Source: a candidate division FCPU426 bacterium (GTDB lineage Bacteria; Oederibacteriota; Muellerivitia; Muellerivitales; Muellerivitaceae). Taken from it: a stretch of DNA of 64,000 bases. Of the stretch, positions 1-8,946 are shown in pieces. The notes beneath the pieces were generated by a model that saw nothing but the letters and a program-made list of their open reading frames with translations, made no database searches and was not told where the DNA came from. Within the stretch, counting starts at the first letter, position 1. The number at the start of each line of letters is the position of its first letter. Where the stretch lies: contig CAVYSE010000016.1 of the NCBI GenBank assembly GCA_963771075.1, positions 23,582-87,581 of the forward strand. Reading direction: 5' to 3'. The translations under genes and the position numbers were made by a program.

Positions 1-421
1 CAAGATGACCCTCGCGAAGGAGACGGCCGACGTCTGCACCGACGTGCTATCACAGGTCATCGCGGCGGAATTTTTCAAGGGCGGGCATTTGCGGGACCAC
101 CTCGAAAAACTCATCGGCACTTACAAAAGCCGGAGGGACGCCATGCTCTCGGCGATCGAGGCCCATTTTCCTAAAGGGGTCCGCAGCAACCATCCCCTGG
201 GAGGGTTCTTCGTCTGGGCCGAACTTCCCGAGGGGCTTAATGCCGTCACCCTCTTCGAGAAGGCGATTGCCGCCAAGGTGGCTTATGTGGTGGGTACGGC
301 CTTTTACACGAAGGAAGGACAGGGCCTCAACACCCTGCGCCTGACCTATTGCACCGCCCACGAGGAAAAAATTAAAGAAGGTATCCAGCGGCTTGGAAAA
401 GTCTTTAAGGAAGCAATGTAA
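1..421 (+). CDS. PLP-dependent aminotransferase class I/II (ARO8/LysN-like), C-terminal part; 5' end lies outside the window
   Basis: Motifs YKSRRDAMLSAI, P.GGFFVWAELP, VAYVVGTAFY and NTLRLTY are typical of the ARO8/MocR-type aminotransferase C-terminus. Confidence 0.85.
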   Translation, partial: KMTLAKETADVCTDVLSQVIAAEFFKGGHLRDHLEKLIGTYKSRRDAMLSAIEAHFPKGVRSNHPLGGFFVWAELPEGLNAVTLFEKAIAAKVAYVVGTAFYTKEGQGLNTLRLTYCTAHEEKIKEGIQRLGKVFKEAM

Positions 422-589
422 TGAATTTCACCACAGATGCAGGGGAAGTAAACCTTATTTGATTTTTAAAAAAGAGCCTTTAAATCTTTCGATTACTAAG
501 CATCACATAATTTCTTTCATCTTAATAAAGCCAATGCATCCGTGGCTAAGTCTGCATTGGCTTGGCCGTTAATAAATAATTGAGGTTTT

Positions 590-1186
590 ATGGAAAATAA
601 ACCGAGTCTCACAGCTATTCCCAAACCCTCGGGCGATAACAAACCCAAGCTCATCATGCTCAACAAGCCCAAGGGCTACGTGGTCACCCGTTCGGACGAG
701 AAAGACCGAAAGATCGTTTATGAACTTCTTCCCGAATGGGCCTATACCGATCACTGGAAGCCTGTGGGCCGGCTGGACCTGGATTCCAAGGGGCTTCTTC
801 TCTTCACCAAGAACGACAAGCTGGCGAATAAAATCACGACTCCCGGAGGCTGTTTGAAAACCTATGAGGTCTTCGTGCGGGGCATCGTGACCTCCGAGCA
901 CATGAAGCTGGCCTTGAAGGGCGTGGAAAATTCGGGCGAGCTATTAAAGGCCTTCCAGGTGCGCGTCATGGGAGGGGGCGGGGCCAAGACCAAGCTGGAA
1001 GTGGTGCTGGACGAGGGCAAGAACCGCCATATCCGCAGGCTCTTCGGCACCATGAAAGACCCCAAGTTCGGAACGCCCCTGAAAGTGCTGGACCTGAAGC
1101 GGGTACAGGTGGGCGGATTACACTTGGACGTGGAATCGGGCAAGTGGCGGTTCCTGTCGAAGGACGACGAGCTGTTGTTGGTTTGA
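590..1186 (+). CDS. rRNA pseudouridine synthase, RsuA/RluB/RluE family (no S4 domain)
   Basis: LNKPKGYV, GRLDLDSKGLLL (catalytic Asp) and EGKNRHIRR motifs; GAGG RBS upstream. Confidence 0.92.
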   Translation: MENKPSLTAIPKPSGDNKPKLIMLNKPKGYVVTRSDEKDRKIVYELLPEWAYTDHWKPVGRLDLDSKGLLLFTKNDKLANKITTPGGCLKTYEVFVRGIVTSEHMKLALKGVENSGELLKAFQVRVMGGGGAKTKLEVVLDEGKNRHIRRLFGTMKDPKFGTPLKVLDLKRVQVGGLHLDVESGKWRFLSKDDELLLV

Positions 1187-1308
1187 TTGATCACTCCTTT
1201 CTCCACCGCCTTTTCATCCCGACAAACTCAACCCACAGGGCTAAAATGATATTCGGTCTCCTGAATACCTCAGGGCTCTATCGCGCCTGGTCCCGGAAGG
1301 TTTAACCT

Positions 1309-3372
1309 TTGGCACTTCTCACGAAATGGGTAATACTCGCCTTTATCCTCCTTCTTGGGATTTGGTGCTTTCTCTGGCGGGGCCAACTTCCCTACCATGT
1401 TGACGCCTATTGCTACTCCTATCCGGACCACGCGGTCAACCTGGAATCCTTTCACCGGCACGCCCTCCCCCTTTGGAACGGGCTCATTGCCTGCGGGACC
1501 CCCCAGTTGGCCAGCTGGGTGTCAGCGAGTTTGTATCCTCCCTTTTGGCTGTTTAACTGGATCGGCCTCCCCAACGGGTTCATGGGGATAGTATTGGCTC
1601 ACGCCGCTTTGGCCTTTTTGGGTTTTTACCTCTGGCTGCGAACCCTCAACCTCCTTCCTTTGGGGTGCGCCCTGGGCGCGTTCGCCTTCGCAGGCTCGGG
1701 TCACTTGGTCAGCTGTTGGAATAACCTGCCTTTTATCGCGACCGCCGCCTGGATCCCTTGGGTTTTTTGGGCGGTGAGAAAGGCCTTGGATCGGCCCGAT
1801 TGGCGCCGATGGATGGTCCTGGGGATCGTATTAAGCTGCCAGACCTTGGCGGGTTACGTCTTTTTCCTCTTTTACACCCTGCTCTTCCTGGCGATTTGGT
1901 TCGAGGCCCAAAAGCCCTCTTGGGCATCCCGTGCGACCTTTGGGTTGACGCTCCTGCTGAGCGCCGGCCTGACCTCCATCCAATGGCTGCCCTTTCTCGA
2001 TTTTTTGTCTTTCGGGCATACCGATCCCTGGCCCAGCTATCCCTATTTCATGAAACCTTTAGAATACGCCACCCTCCTCAAACCCGACCTTTTGGGGTTC
2101 TTGGGCTCCGCCGATTACCGGGGAACCTTCGCCAACGGGATTTTCAACCTTTACTTCGGCCTCATACCCCTAGCGCTCTTCCTGGCCTCCTTTTTCACGG
2201 CCCGCCGAGCCCATTCCCTTTTTTGGGCCCTTTCTGCCGTTTTCTTCCTTGCTTGGATGGGGGGACGCTCATGGTTCATTTGGGATTTTCTCCCGGACCG
2301 CGCGCTTGAGTTCCTGGAACCTTCCAAGGCGGTGGGCCTCTTTCTCTTTTGCGCCATCACTTGCGCGATCCTGAACTTGGATTTTCTTTTAGCGTCCGTC
2401 CAAAAGCGCCGTGAGCTTTGGGCTGCCCTGGCGAGCCTCTTGGTGGTTTGTGACCTTTGCCACGTCCCCTTTGCGCTGTTGCACCGGATACCCAATCTCT
2501 TTCAGGACGCGGAAATGGGGCAAGAGGCTCGCCGAATGAAGAACTTAGTGGGTGATGCCCGGATCTTGACGATCCGTACCAACCGGGACGTTTTTTTCAA
2601 CGGGGCGAATGCCTACGAGGATTCCTATTTGACTCCGATCCGGCAATTTACAGTGAATTCCAACGCGGCCTGGGGGTTCCGTTCCGCCGATGGCTACCAA
2701 ACGCTTCAGGTCGAAGGAGCCGCGAACTTGAAACGCTATGAACTCAAGGGTTGGCCCTTCGCGGGGGATCTGCTGGATGTGGCGGGTGTCCGTTTCTTAT
2801 TAGCGCCTCAAGGCCTGCCCACCACGAAATATAAGCTTTTGGAAAAAGGGGCCGATCACAACCTGTACCAAAACCCGGATGCCTCCCCGAATGTCCGTTG
2901 GGTAGGGGGAAAACGAGAATGGGATAACCGCCCGCGGCTTTTAAACCAGCTTGCCCTTCCCCACAACCCCTGGAAGGAAAAAGTGGATCTGGAAAAGGAC
3001 GGCGGGGGGGGGTATGTCCAGCTTCCACCGTCCCAACGCGTCCTGGCTTGCCCCCCTTCCCAGGACGGCAACAGTGGGATCGCTTCACGATCCTCCTCAA
3101 GCGTTCGGTCTTCCGGGCCGGGTTATGCGGTTCTAAACGAGACCTACGCCCCCGGATGGCGCACCTGGATCGACGGAATTCCCCACCCCATCTTGCGGGC
3201 CTATGGTCTTTTCATGGCCGTTCCGATCCCCTTGGGAGGGGAACATAGGGTCGATTTCCGTTATGAACCTGCCTCATTCCGCTTGGGGGCGTTCTTGGCC
3301 CTGTTGAGCTTTGCCCTGGCAATCCCCATGGTATTTTCCAGGCCGTTGGGGCCCGGACGCGGGATCGGTTAA
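1309..3372 (+). CDS. YfhO-family multi-pass membrane protein (putative GT-C glycosyltransferase)
   Basis: N-terminal PLWN..G.P motif, many TM segments, C-terminal ETYAPGW..DG..G.HRVDFRYEP motif. Confidence 0.75.
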   Translation: MALLTKWVILAFILLLGIWCFLWRGQLPYHVDAYCYSYPDHAVNLESFHRHALPLWNGLIACGTPQLASWVSASLYPPFWLFNWIGLPNGFMGIVLAHAALAFLGFYLWLRTLNLLPLGCALGAFAFAGSGHLVSCWNNLPFIATAAWIPWVFWAVRKALDRPDWRRWMVLGIVLSCQTLAGYVFFLFYTLLFLAIWFEAQKPSWASRATFGLTLLLSAGLTSIQWLPFLDFLSFGHTDPWPSYPYFMKPLEYATLLKPDLLGFLGSADYRGTFANGIFNLYFGLIPLALFLASFFTARRAHSLFWALSAVFFLAWMGGRSWFIWDFLPDRALEFLEPSKAVGLFLFCAITCAILNLDFLLASVQKRRELWAALASLLVVCDLCHVPFALLHRIPNLFQDAEMGQEARRMKNLVGDARILTIRTNRDVFFNGANAYEDSYLTPIRQFTVNSNAAWGFRSADGYQTLQVEGAANLKRYELKGWPFAGDLLDVAGVRFLLAPQGLPTTKYKLLEKGADHNLYQNPDASPNVRWVGGKREWDNRPRLLNQLALPHNPWKEKVDLEKDGGGGYVQLPPSQRVLACPPSQDGNSGIASRSSSSVRSSGPGYAVLNETYAPGWRTWIDGIPHPILRAYGLFMAVPIPLGGEHRVDFRYEPASFRLGAFLALLSFALAIPMVFSRPLGPGRGIG

Positions 3373-3476
3373 TGGAGGTTCAGTCAAAAGACAACGAGCT
3401 GTGGTTGGATTGGATATTCAGCGTTTCCCAGCTTGTCTTGTTTTATTTTTTCAGGGAGGCTTGCCTTTCATTTCGG

Positions 3477-4739
3477 CTATTCCCCCGACAGCAGTTTTTC
3501 CCAGATCGCCTCGTTCAACAGCACCCGTTTGAACAAGTCCCGCTCATTCTCACTCGGGCTCAGGATTTCCGGCTGGACCGGAAAGGTCAGGATGTAACTG
3601 ACGCCCTTTCCACTGGTCCTCGCCTCGATCTTCCCCCCGTGATGGTAGGTGATAAAGAAGCAGGTCATCAGCGCCAACCCCACTTCATGGGGGTTACCAC
3701 TGCGGACGTAAAAGGGGTCGAAGACCGATCGAAGGGCTTCGGAAGGGATACCCGGTCCCGAATCCGATACCGTTATTTCCACTTCCTGGGGCAGGTCCCC
3801 TCCCCCTAGGGCCCGGCCCGCAATAGTCACCACCCCGCCCGTCGGCGTGCTCGCCAGTTCTTCCTGAAGCAGCATCTCAAAGAGCTTGTGGAACTTGGGG
3901 CCGTCCACGTACAGGAAGGGGAGGGTATCCGGCAAATGGTCCTCGAACTTGATCTTCTTTTGGGCGTATGCGTCCTTTAATTTCCCGAAGGCTTCCTGCA
4001 CGACCGCGTTGGGCCTCAACCGGTTTGGGAATTGAAAGGAGGGTTTTTCCGAGCTTTCCCCCAGGTCACTCAGGAGGTTGACGACCTTGTCCATCTGGCC
4101 CTGCACCTTGACGTAATATTCCTTCCAAAAATCGGGGTTGCGGAGCTGTTCCAGGTCCAGGTTTTCCTCCCTCAGCTTCCGTGGGGCGAGGTCCAGGAAG
4201 GTCTTAACCGCCACCATGGAATTACGGATATGGTGCCCCAAACCGGCGGCCAGGATTCCCAGGCTGAGGATGCGGTCCGTGATCATGACCTGCTGTAAGA
4301 CCGACATTTTTTCCCGCAAAAGCTGGTCCCGCTCGGCTTGGACCATGAAAAATTCCAATCCGCGCTTGAGGGTCACTTCCAAGAGGGGGATGTCCCAGGG
4401 CTTGCTGATGTACTTGTAGATGGCCCCGGTATTAACCGATTCGATCGCGATCTCCAGGTCCGAGTAGGCCGTCACCAGGATCCTCACGATCTGGGGCTTC
4501 AAGAGGCGGGCTTTTTCCAAAAGCTGGATTCCCTTTTCCCCCGGCATCCGCTGGTCCGTCATCAGGATGGCGATCTGGTCGCGGTGCTTGCGCAGGAGGA
4601 AATAACCCTCCTCGGCGTTAGCGGCGGTCAGGACCGCGAACTTTTCCCCGAAGGCCTGGCCGAAGTATTTCAGCGATTTCTCCTCGTCATCCACGTAGAG
4701 GATGTAGAACTTCTTGTAATTGTAGTAGTCAATCGACAT
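3477..4739 (-). CDS. PhcR-like response regulator: N-terminal REC plus histidine-kinase-like (HisKA/HATPase) output domain
   Basis: REC (YVDDE, TDQRMPG, VTAY, SKPW) followed by GHHIRN H-box and DSGPG/FDPF boxes; last gene of a phcB-like operon. Confidence 0.75.
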   Translation of the reverse strand: MSIDYYNYKKFYILYVDDEEKSLKYFGQAFGEKFAVLTAANAEEGYFLLRKHRDQIAILMTDQRMPGEKGIQLLEKARLLKPQIVRILVTAYSDLEIAIESVNTGAIYKYISKPWDIPLLEVTLKRGLEFFMVQAERDQLLREKMSVLQQVMITDRILSLGILAAGLGHHIRNSMVAVKTFLDLAPRKLREENLDLEQLRNPDFWKEYYVKVQGQMDKVVNLLSDLGESSEKPSFQFPNRLRPNAVVQEAFGKLKDAYAQKKIKFEDHLPDTLPFLYVDGPKFHKLFEMLLQEELASTPTGGVVTIAGRALGGGDLPQEVEITVSDSGPGIPSEALRSVFDPFYVRSGNPHEVGLALMTCFFITYHHGGKIEARTSGKGVSYILTFPVQPEILSPSENERDLFKRVLLNEAIWEKLLSGE

Positions 4740-7392
4740 AGGCCGCCCCTTTCGCCTCTTTCGAGGGGAACTCCAGGATAAACTCGGTAAACTTCCCCTT
4801 TTCGCTCTCCACCCTGATGCTCCCGCCCTGTTCCTGCAGGATGCGGAAACATATGCTCAAGCCCAATCCCATCCCTTTGCCCACGTCCTTCGTTGTGAAA
4901 AAAGGGTCGTAAATCTTGTCCAGGTCCGCCGGGGCGATCCCCACGCCGTTGTCCCGAACCCTGATCCGGACCTTCCCGTCCACCTGGCGGCTCGTGATCC
5001 CCAGCCGGGGTTCCTCGCCCTGGAATACCTTTTGCCGCAGGGCATCGGCGGAGTTTTGGATCAGGTTCACGAAAACCTGGACCAGCTTGTTCTGGTCGGC
5101 GAGGACCTGATGGCCTTCCGGCAGGTCGATCTCGACCTTGATCCCGTCCTTGATCTCATGGCTGACGAACCTCAGGGCGAAGGAGACCGCCTTCGCCACC
5201 TCGATCCAATCCTCGCTCCCCCCATGGGACGGATGGGTGAAGGTGCGCAGGTCGGACACGATGCGCTGGACCCGGCCAAGACCCTCCGTGATATCCGCCA
5301 GGGTTTCCAAGTAGGGGGCCCGGTCCTCTTCCGGAAGGCGATCTTTTTTCCCCTTCAAGAGGTAAAGGGCCTGGAGGGAATAATTGAGCGGATTGTTGAT
5401 CTCATGAATAATACCGGCGCTGAGGCGGCCGAGGGAAGCCATCTTTTCATTTTGGACCAGTTGTCCCTCCGTTTCTTTCAACTGCTCAAGTGACGTTTCC
5501 AGTGCACTTTTTTGGAGAGCGAGGTCGCGCTGATATTGGTGGGATTCGATCAGGTTCTTGACACGCACATGCAGTTCGGAAGTGGAGAAGGGTTTGGTGA
5601 GAAAGTCGTTCGCTCCGGCGTCCAGGGCGGCGTATTTGGTTTCCTCGTCGGCCCGGGCCGTGAGGAGAACCACCGGGATGGACTGGGTAGAGACCTGGCC
5701 CTTTAATTCGCGGCAGGCTTCGATGCCGTCTTTTTCGGGCATCATCATGTCCAGGAGGACTAGGTCGGGAAGATACTGGCGCCCCTTTTCCACCGCCTGG
5801 TTGCCGTTCACCGCCTCCAGCACCTCGTATTGCTTGGAAAGCTGGGCCTTGAGAAAACGCAGCATATCCGGCTCATCGTCCGCCACCAGTATTTTCTTTT
5901 TGCCCCGCTTCCCGAAAACATCCGGACGGAGGGTTTCGGACAAGGGGTTCAGGGTTGGGAAAAGCTCGGCCCGGCGGTAAAGCTTGGTCAGCCATTCTTC
6001 CTGTTCTTCTTCCGGATCGGGGCCTGCTGGAATTTTCGCCAATTCCGCTGGGAGAGGCGATTCCTTTGCTTCCTCATAAGGCAGGTCCACCGTCATGAGG
6101 GTGCCCACCCCGATCTCGCTCTCGGCGGTGACCTTCCCGCCCTGGGCCTCGGTCAGCTCCTTGACGAGCGCCAATCCGATCCCCGTACCTTGGTACTTGC
6201 GCTGGGCCGAGGAATCGGCCTGCCAAAAGCGGTCGAATATCAGCGGCAGGTTCTCCTTGGAAATGCCCATGCCGGTATCCTTGATCTTTAACAGGAGCCT
6301 CGCCCCCTCCCGTTCCAGGGTCAATTCCACCTTCCCCCCAGCCGGGGTGAACTTCAGGGCGTTGAAGAGTAGGTTTAGGATGATCTTTTCCATCTTACCC
6401 CGGTCCAACATCACGACACCCAGCGGAGGTTGGACCCAGGCGGTCAAGGCCACCCTTTTGTCCCTTGCCGTGCCTTGAATGGACTGGGCCAAGCCCTTCA
6501 CGAAGGATTCCAGTGCCAGGGGCTCCTTGTGGGTTTCCATGCGGCCTGATTCCAGCTTGGCTAGGTCCAAAAGGTCGTTGATGAGTTTCAAAAGGCGCAT
6601 GGCGTTGTTTTCCATGATCCCCAGGGTGTCCCGGGATTCCTCGTCCAGCAGGTGCGATTTCTGTCGCCTCAGGGACTGGAGGGGGGAAATCAGGAGGGTC
6701 AGGGGAGTCCGTAGCTCGTGGCTGATATTGGCGAAGAACCGGCTTTTCATCTGGTCCAGTTCGATCAGCTTGCGGTTGGATTCTTCCAATTGTTTCTGGC
6801 TTTGATCCAATTCGTACCGGTTCGCGAATTCCCGCACCCGGATATTGTTGGTGAAATAACTGGCGAAGGTGGCGAAGAGGGCCGTGGAAAACAAAAAGTA
6901 CAGGTTATTGGAGAAGATGCCCAGGAGAGATATGTTCCCATGGAACAGGCAGGCAGCCAGGTAAAAGGCAATCGAAACGACCGAAACAATCATGGTTTCC
7001 TGGTAGGTCCAAAGGAATGCGATGCACATGGCCAGTAAAACCAGGTTATAACCGGCATAGTAGGGCGACACGAACCCGTCGGTGGAATAGATCATCCATG
7101 AAAAAACCGCCTGGGGGATCAAAGGCAAAATGAGCATCAGCAGACGGTAGGACTGGCCCCCCCACCGGGTGTAAAAAAGGGCGAATAGGGCCAGGGCGAG
7201 AAGCGCGGAGAGAAGCCGCAGTTTAAGAAAATAAGAAAAACACTGGGGATAAATGTTGATGTCTAAAAAGGCGCCCGCCGGCATGGCGAAGAAAACGAAC
7301 CAACAGGCTATTTTGTTCAAGCGGATCCTTTCCCGCTTGTTGTAAACCTCGAAGGCCCGTTCAATTTCCGGGGGTAGGATTGTTTTAGCCAT
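4729..7392 (-). CDS. Membrane-bound hybrid sensor kinase, PhcS-like position (TM sensor-HisKA-HATPase-REC-HisKA-HATPase)
   Basis: About 6 TM helices, SHELRTPL, NALKFT/DTGMG/GTGIGL, REC (DDE, DMMMP, KPF), second HEINNPL, DNGVG, GMGLGL; start taken at MAKTIL, overlapping the upstream stop. Confidence 0.85.
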   Translation of the reverse strand: MAKTILPPEIERAFEVYNKRERIRLNKIACWFVFFAMPAGAFLDINIYPQCFSYFLKLRLLSALLALALFALFYTRWGGQSYRLLMLILPLIPQAVFSWMIYSTDGFVSPYYAGYNLVLLAMCIAFLWTYQETMIVSVVSIAFYLAACLFHGNISLLGIFSNNLYFLFSTALFATFASYFTNNIRVREFANRYELDQSQKQLEESNRKLIELDQMKSRFFANISHELRTPLTLLISPLQSLRRQKSHLLDEESRDTLGIMENNAMRLLKLINDLLDLAKLESGRMETHKEPLALESFVKGLAQSIQGTARDKRVALTAWVQPPLGVVMLDRGKMEKIILNLLFNALKFTPAGGKVELTLEREGARLLLKIKDTGMGISKENLPLIFDRFWQADSSAQRKYQGTGIGLALVKELTEAQGGKVTAESEIGVGTLMTVDLPYEEAKESPLPAELAKIPAGPDPEEEQEEWLTKLYRRAELFPTLNPLSETLRPDVFGKRGKKKILVADDEPDMLRFLKAQLSKQYEVLEAVNGNQAVEKGRQYLPDLVLLDMMMPEKDGIEACRELKGQVSTQSIPVVLLTARADEETKYAALDAGANDFLTKPFSTSELHVRVKNLIESHQYQRDLALQKSALETSLEQLKETEGQLVQNEKMASLGRLSAGIIHEINNPLNYSLQALYLLKGKKDRLPEEDRAPYLETLADITEGLGRVQRIVSDLRTFTHPSHGGSEDWIEVAKAVSFALRFVSHEIKDGIKVEIDLPEGHQVLADQNKLVQVFVNLIQNSADALRQKVFQGEEPRLGITSRQVDGKVRIRVRDNGVGIAPADLDKIYDPFFTTKDVGKGMGLGLSICFRILQEQGGSIRVESEKGKFTEFILEFPSKEAKGAAYVD

Positions 7393-8944
7393 TTTGATTT
7401 TCGTCCATTTCCGTGAAGACCTTCGGGAAAATTCCCAGTCCATGATGGACGGCCACACCCAGGATACCACCCACGAGAGCCCCCGTGATGCCGTGGTTGT
7501 AAACATCCGTGCCAACCAAAGCCAGGCCTTTCACGGGGGTCCTGGGCCCCAGGGATTTCAAAGCATACCTGCGGGGGACCGCTGGAAAACCGTAAATTCC
7601 GCCTTTCCGGTGCCCGGTGAAATGCTCGATGGAAAGGGGTGTGGAAAGCTCGGCGTATTTCACTTCCGAACGGAACCCGGGAATCCGCTTTTCCACGAAA
7701 TCCAACAGGCTCTCGGCGATTGTTTTCTTTAACGCGTCATAGCCGGGGCCCCGGTTCATCCATCTTCCCTTTTTCCATTCCTCGAAAACCTCATAGTCCA
7801 TCGCGGTGATAATTTCAGCCGTTGGTTTTGGGGCCGTGGGGTCTTTCAGGCCGGGGAAGGAGAGGTAGCAGAAAGACGGTTTACCCTCCGCCAATTCATT
7901 CCTCCGGTCCCATATGGAATCCTGGTCGATCCCGTCGTAAATCCAGAAGTTCTGCCCATGTACGCCCAGGTGGGCGCAATCGGATTTCAACCCCAGGTAC
8001 AAGATCACCACGCTGAAGGGCGACGCCAAGGTTATTTCCCTCAATTCCTCCGGGGCCAGGGTTCCCTCCGGGAGAAGGTCGCGGTAGGTGGCCCCGGCGC
8101 CGATATTCGAATAGATTTCGGGGGCCCTGATGATTTCGACACCCTTCCTGTTTTCCACCTGGACCCCGGTGGCCCTGCCCCCTTCCACCAAGACGCGGCT
8201 TACCCGGTTGCGAACTTTCAGTTCACCGCCCTTCTCCCGGACCAACCCGGCAACCGCCTGCGCGATCACGCGGGAGGATCCGACGGGATAATAGCCTCCC
8301 TCCAGGTAATGTTTGGCGTTGGCGGAATGCACACCGAAACTGGCTAATTTCGGCGGCAACCCGTAATCTCCCCATTGGAAAGCCAGGAGGCCTTTCAATT
8401 TCTCATCCTGGAAATGGGCGTTCAGGTAATCCCCGAAGGTCTGGCTGGCTAGCTCGCGGCATTTCTGGTAGGAAAAATTCGTTCCAAGCATTTTCGAGGA
8501 AGGAATATAGCGGCCGATCAGGTTTTCGGCGGTGAAAACCATGTCCCTGAAATACAGTTCAAGGTTTTCCGATTCGGGGGGGAAAAGACCTTTCAACTTT
8601 TGAAGGAAATTCTGGGCGCCGGAAGGAATATCCACCCGCATGTCCGGAAAGAGGACGGCCTCGAAAGGGTCCCTCATCTTGGCCCACTTCACCTGGTTTC
8701 CGGTGATGAAATCCATGGCGGACCTTAAGGGGCTACCGGGGTTCATTTCCCCCACGTAATGGAGCCCCACGTCCCATCGGTACCCGCCGGGTCGCTCGAA
8801 AGTATGGGTGAACCCTCCCAATTTGAAATGACTCTCCAGAACCAGAACCCGGTAGTTCTTGAGCCGGGCCAGCGCCGAGGCCGCGGTTAACCCGCCCATG
8901 CCCGAGCCGATGATGATGGCGTCATAGCCGTTTGGGTCCGCCAT
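7385..8944 (-). CDS. FAD/NAD(P)-dependent oxidoreductase, phytoene desaturase/retinol saturase/CrtISO (COG1233) family
   Basis: IIIGSGMGG Rossmann fold, GGFTHTF, WDVGLHYVG, GGYYPVG, STPLS and C-terminal G.D..HGITGA motifs. Confidence 0.85.
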   Translation of the reverse strand: MADPNGYDAIIIGSGMGGLTAASALARLKNYRVLVLESHFKLGGFTHTFERPGGYRWDVGLHYVGEMNPGSPLRSAMDFITGNQVKWAKMRDPFEAVLFPDMRVDIPSGAQNFLQKLKGLFPPESENLELYFRDMVFTAENLIGRYIPSSKMLGTNFSYQKCRELASQTFGDYLNAHFQDEKLKGLLAFQWGDYGLPPKLASFGVHSANAKHYLEGGYYPVGSSRVIAQAVAGLVREKGGELKVRNRVSRVLVEGGRATGVQVENRKGVEIIRAPEIYSNIGAGATYRDLLPEGTLAPEELREITLASPFSVVILYLGLKSDCAHLGVHGQNFWIYDGIDQDSIWDRRNELAEGKPSFCYLSFPGLKDPTAPKPTAEIITAMDYEVFEEWKKGRWMNRGPGYDALKKTIAESLLDFVEKRIPGFRSEVKYAELSTPLSIEHFTGHRKGGIYGFPAVPRRYALKSLGPRTPVKGLALVGTDVYNHGITGALVGGILGVAVHHGLGIFPKVFTEMDENQNG

Positions 8945-8946
8945 CC

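Noticed and set aside
3372..3809. 145-aa plus-strand ORF
   Set aside because: Mostly antisense to the PhcR-like gene; no recognisable features
7385..8944. Carotenoid biosynthesis cluster
   Set aside because: Only a CrtI-superfamily member is present; no phytoene synthase, GGPP synthase or cyclase nearby
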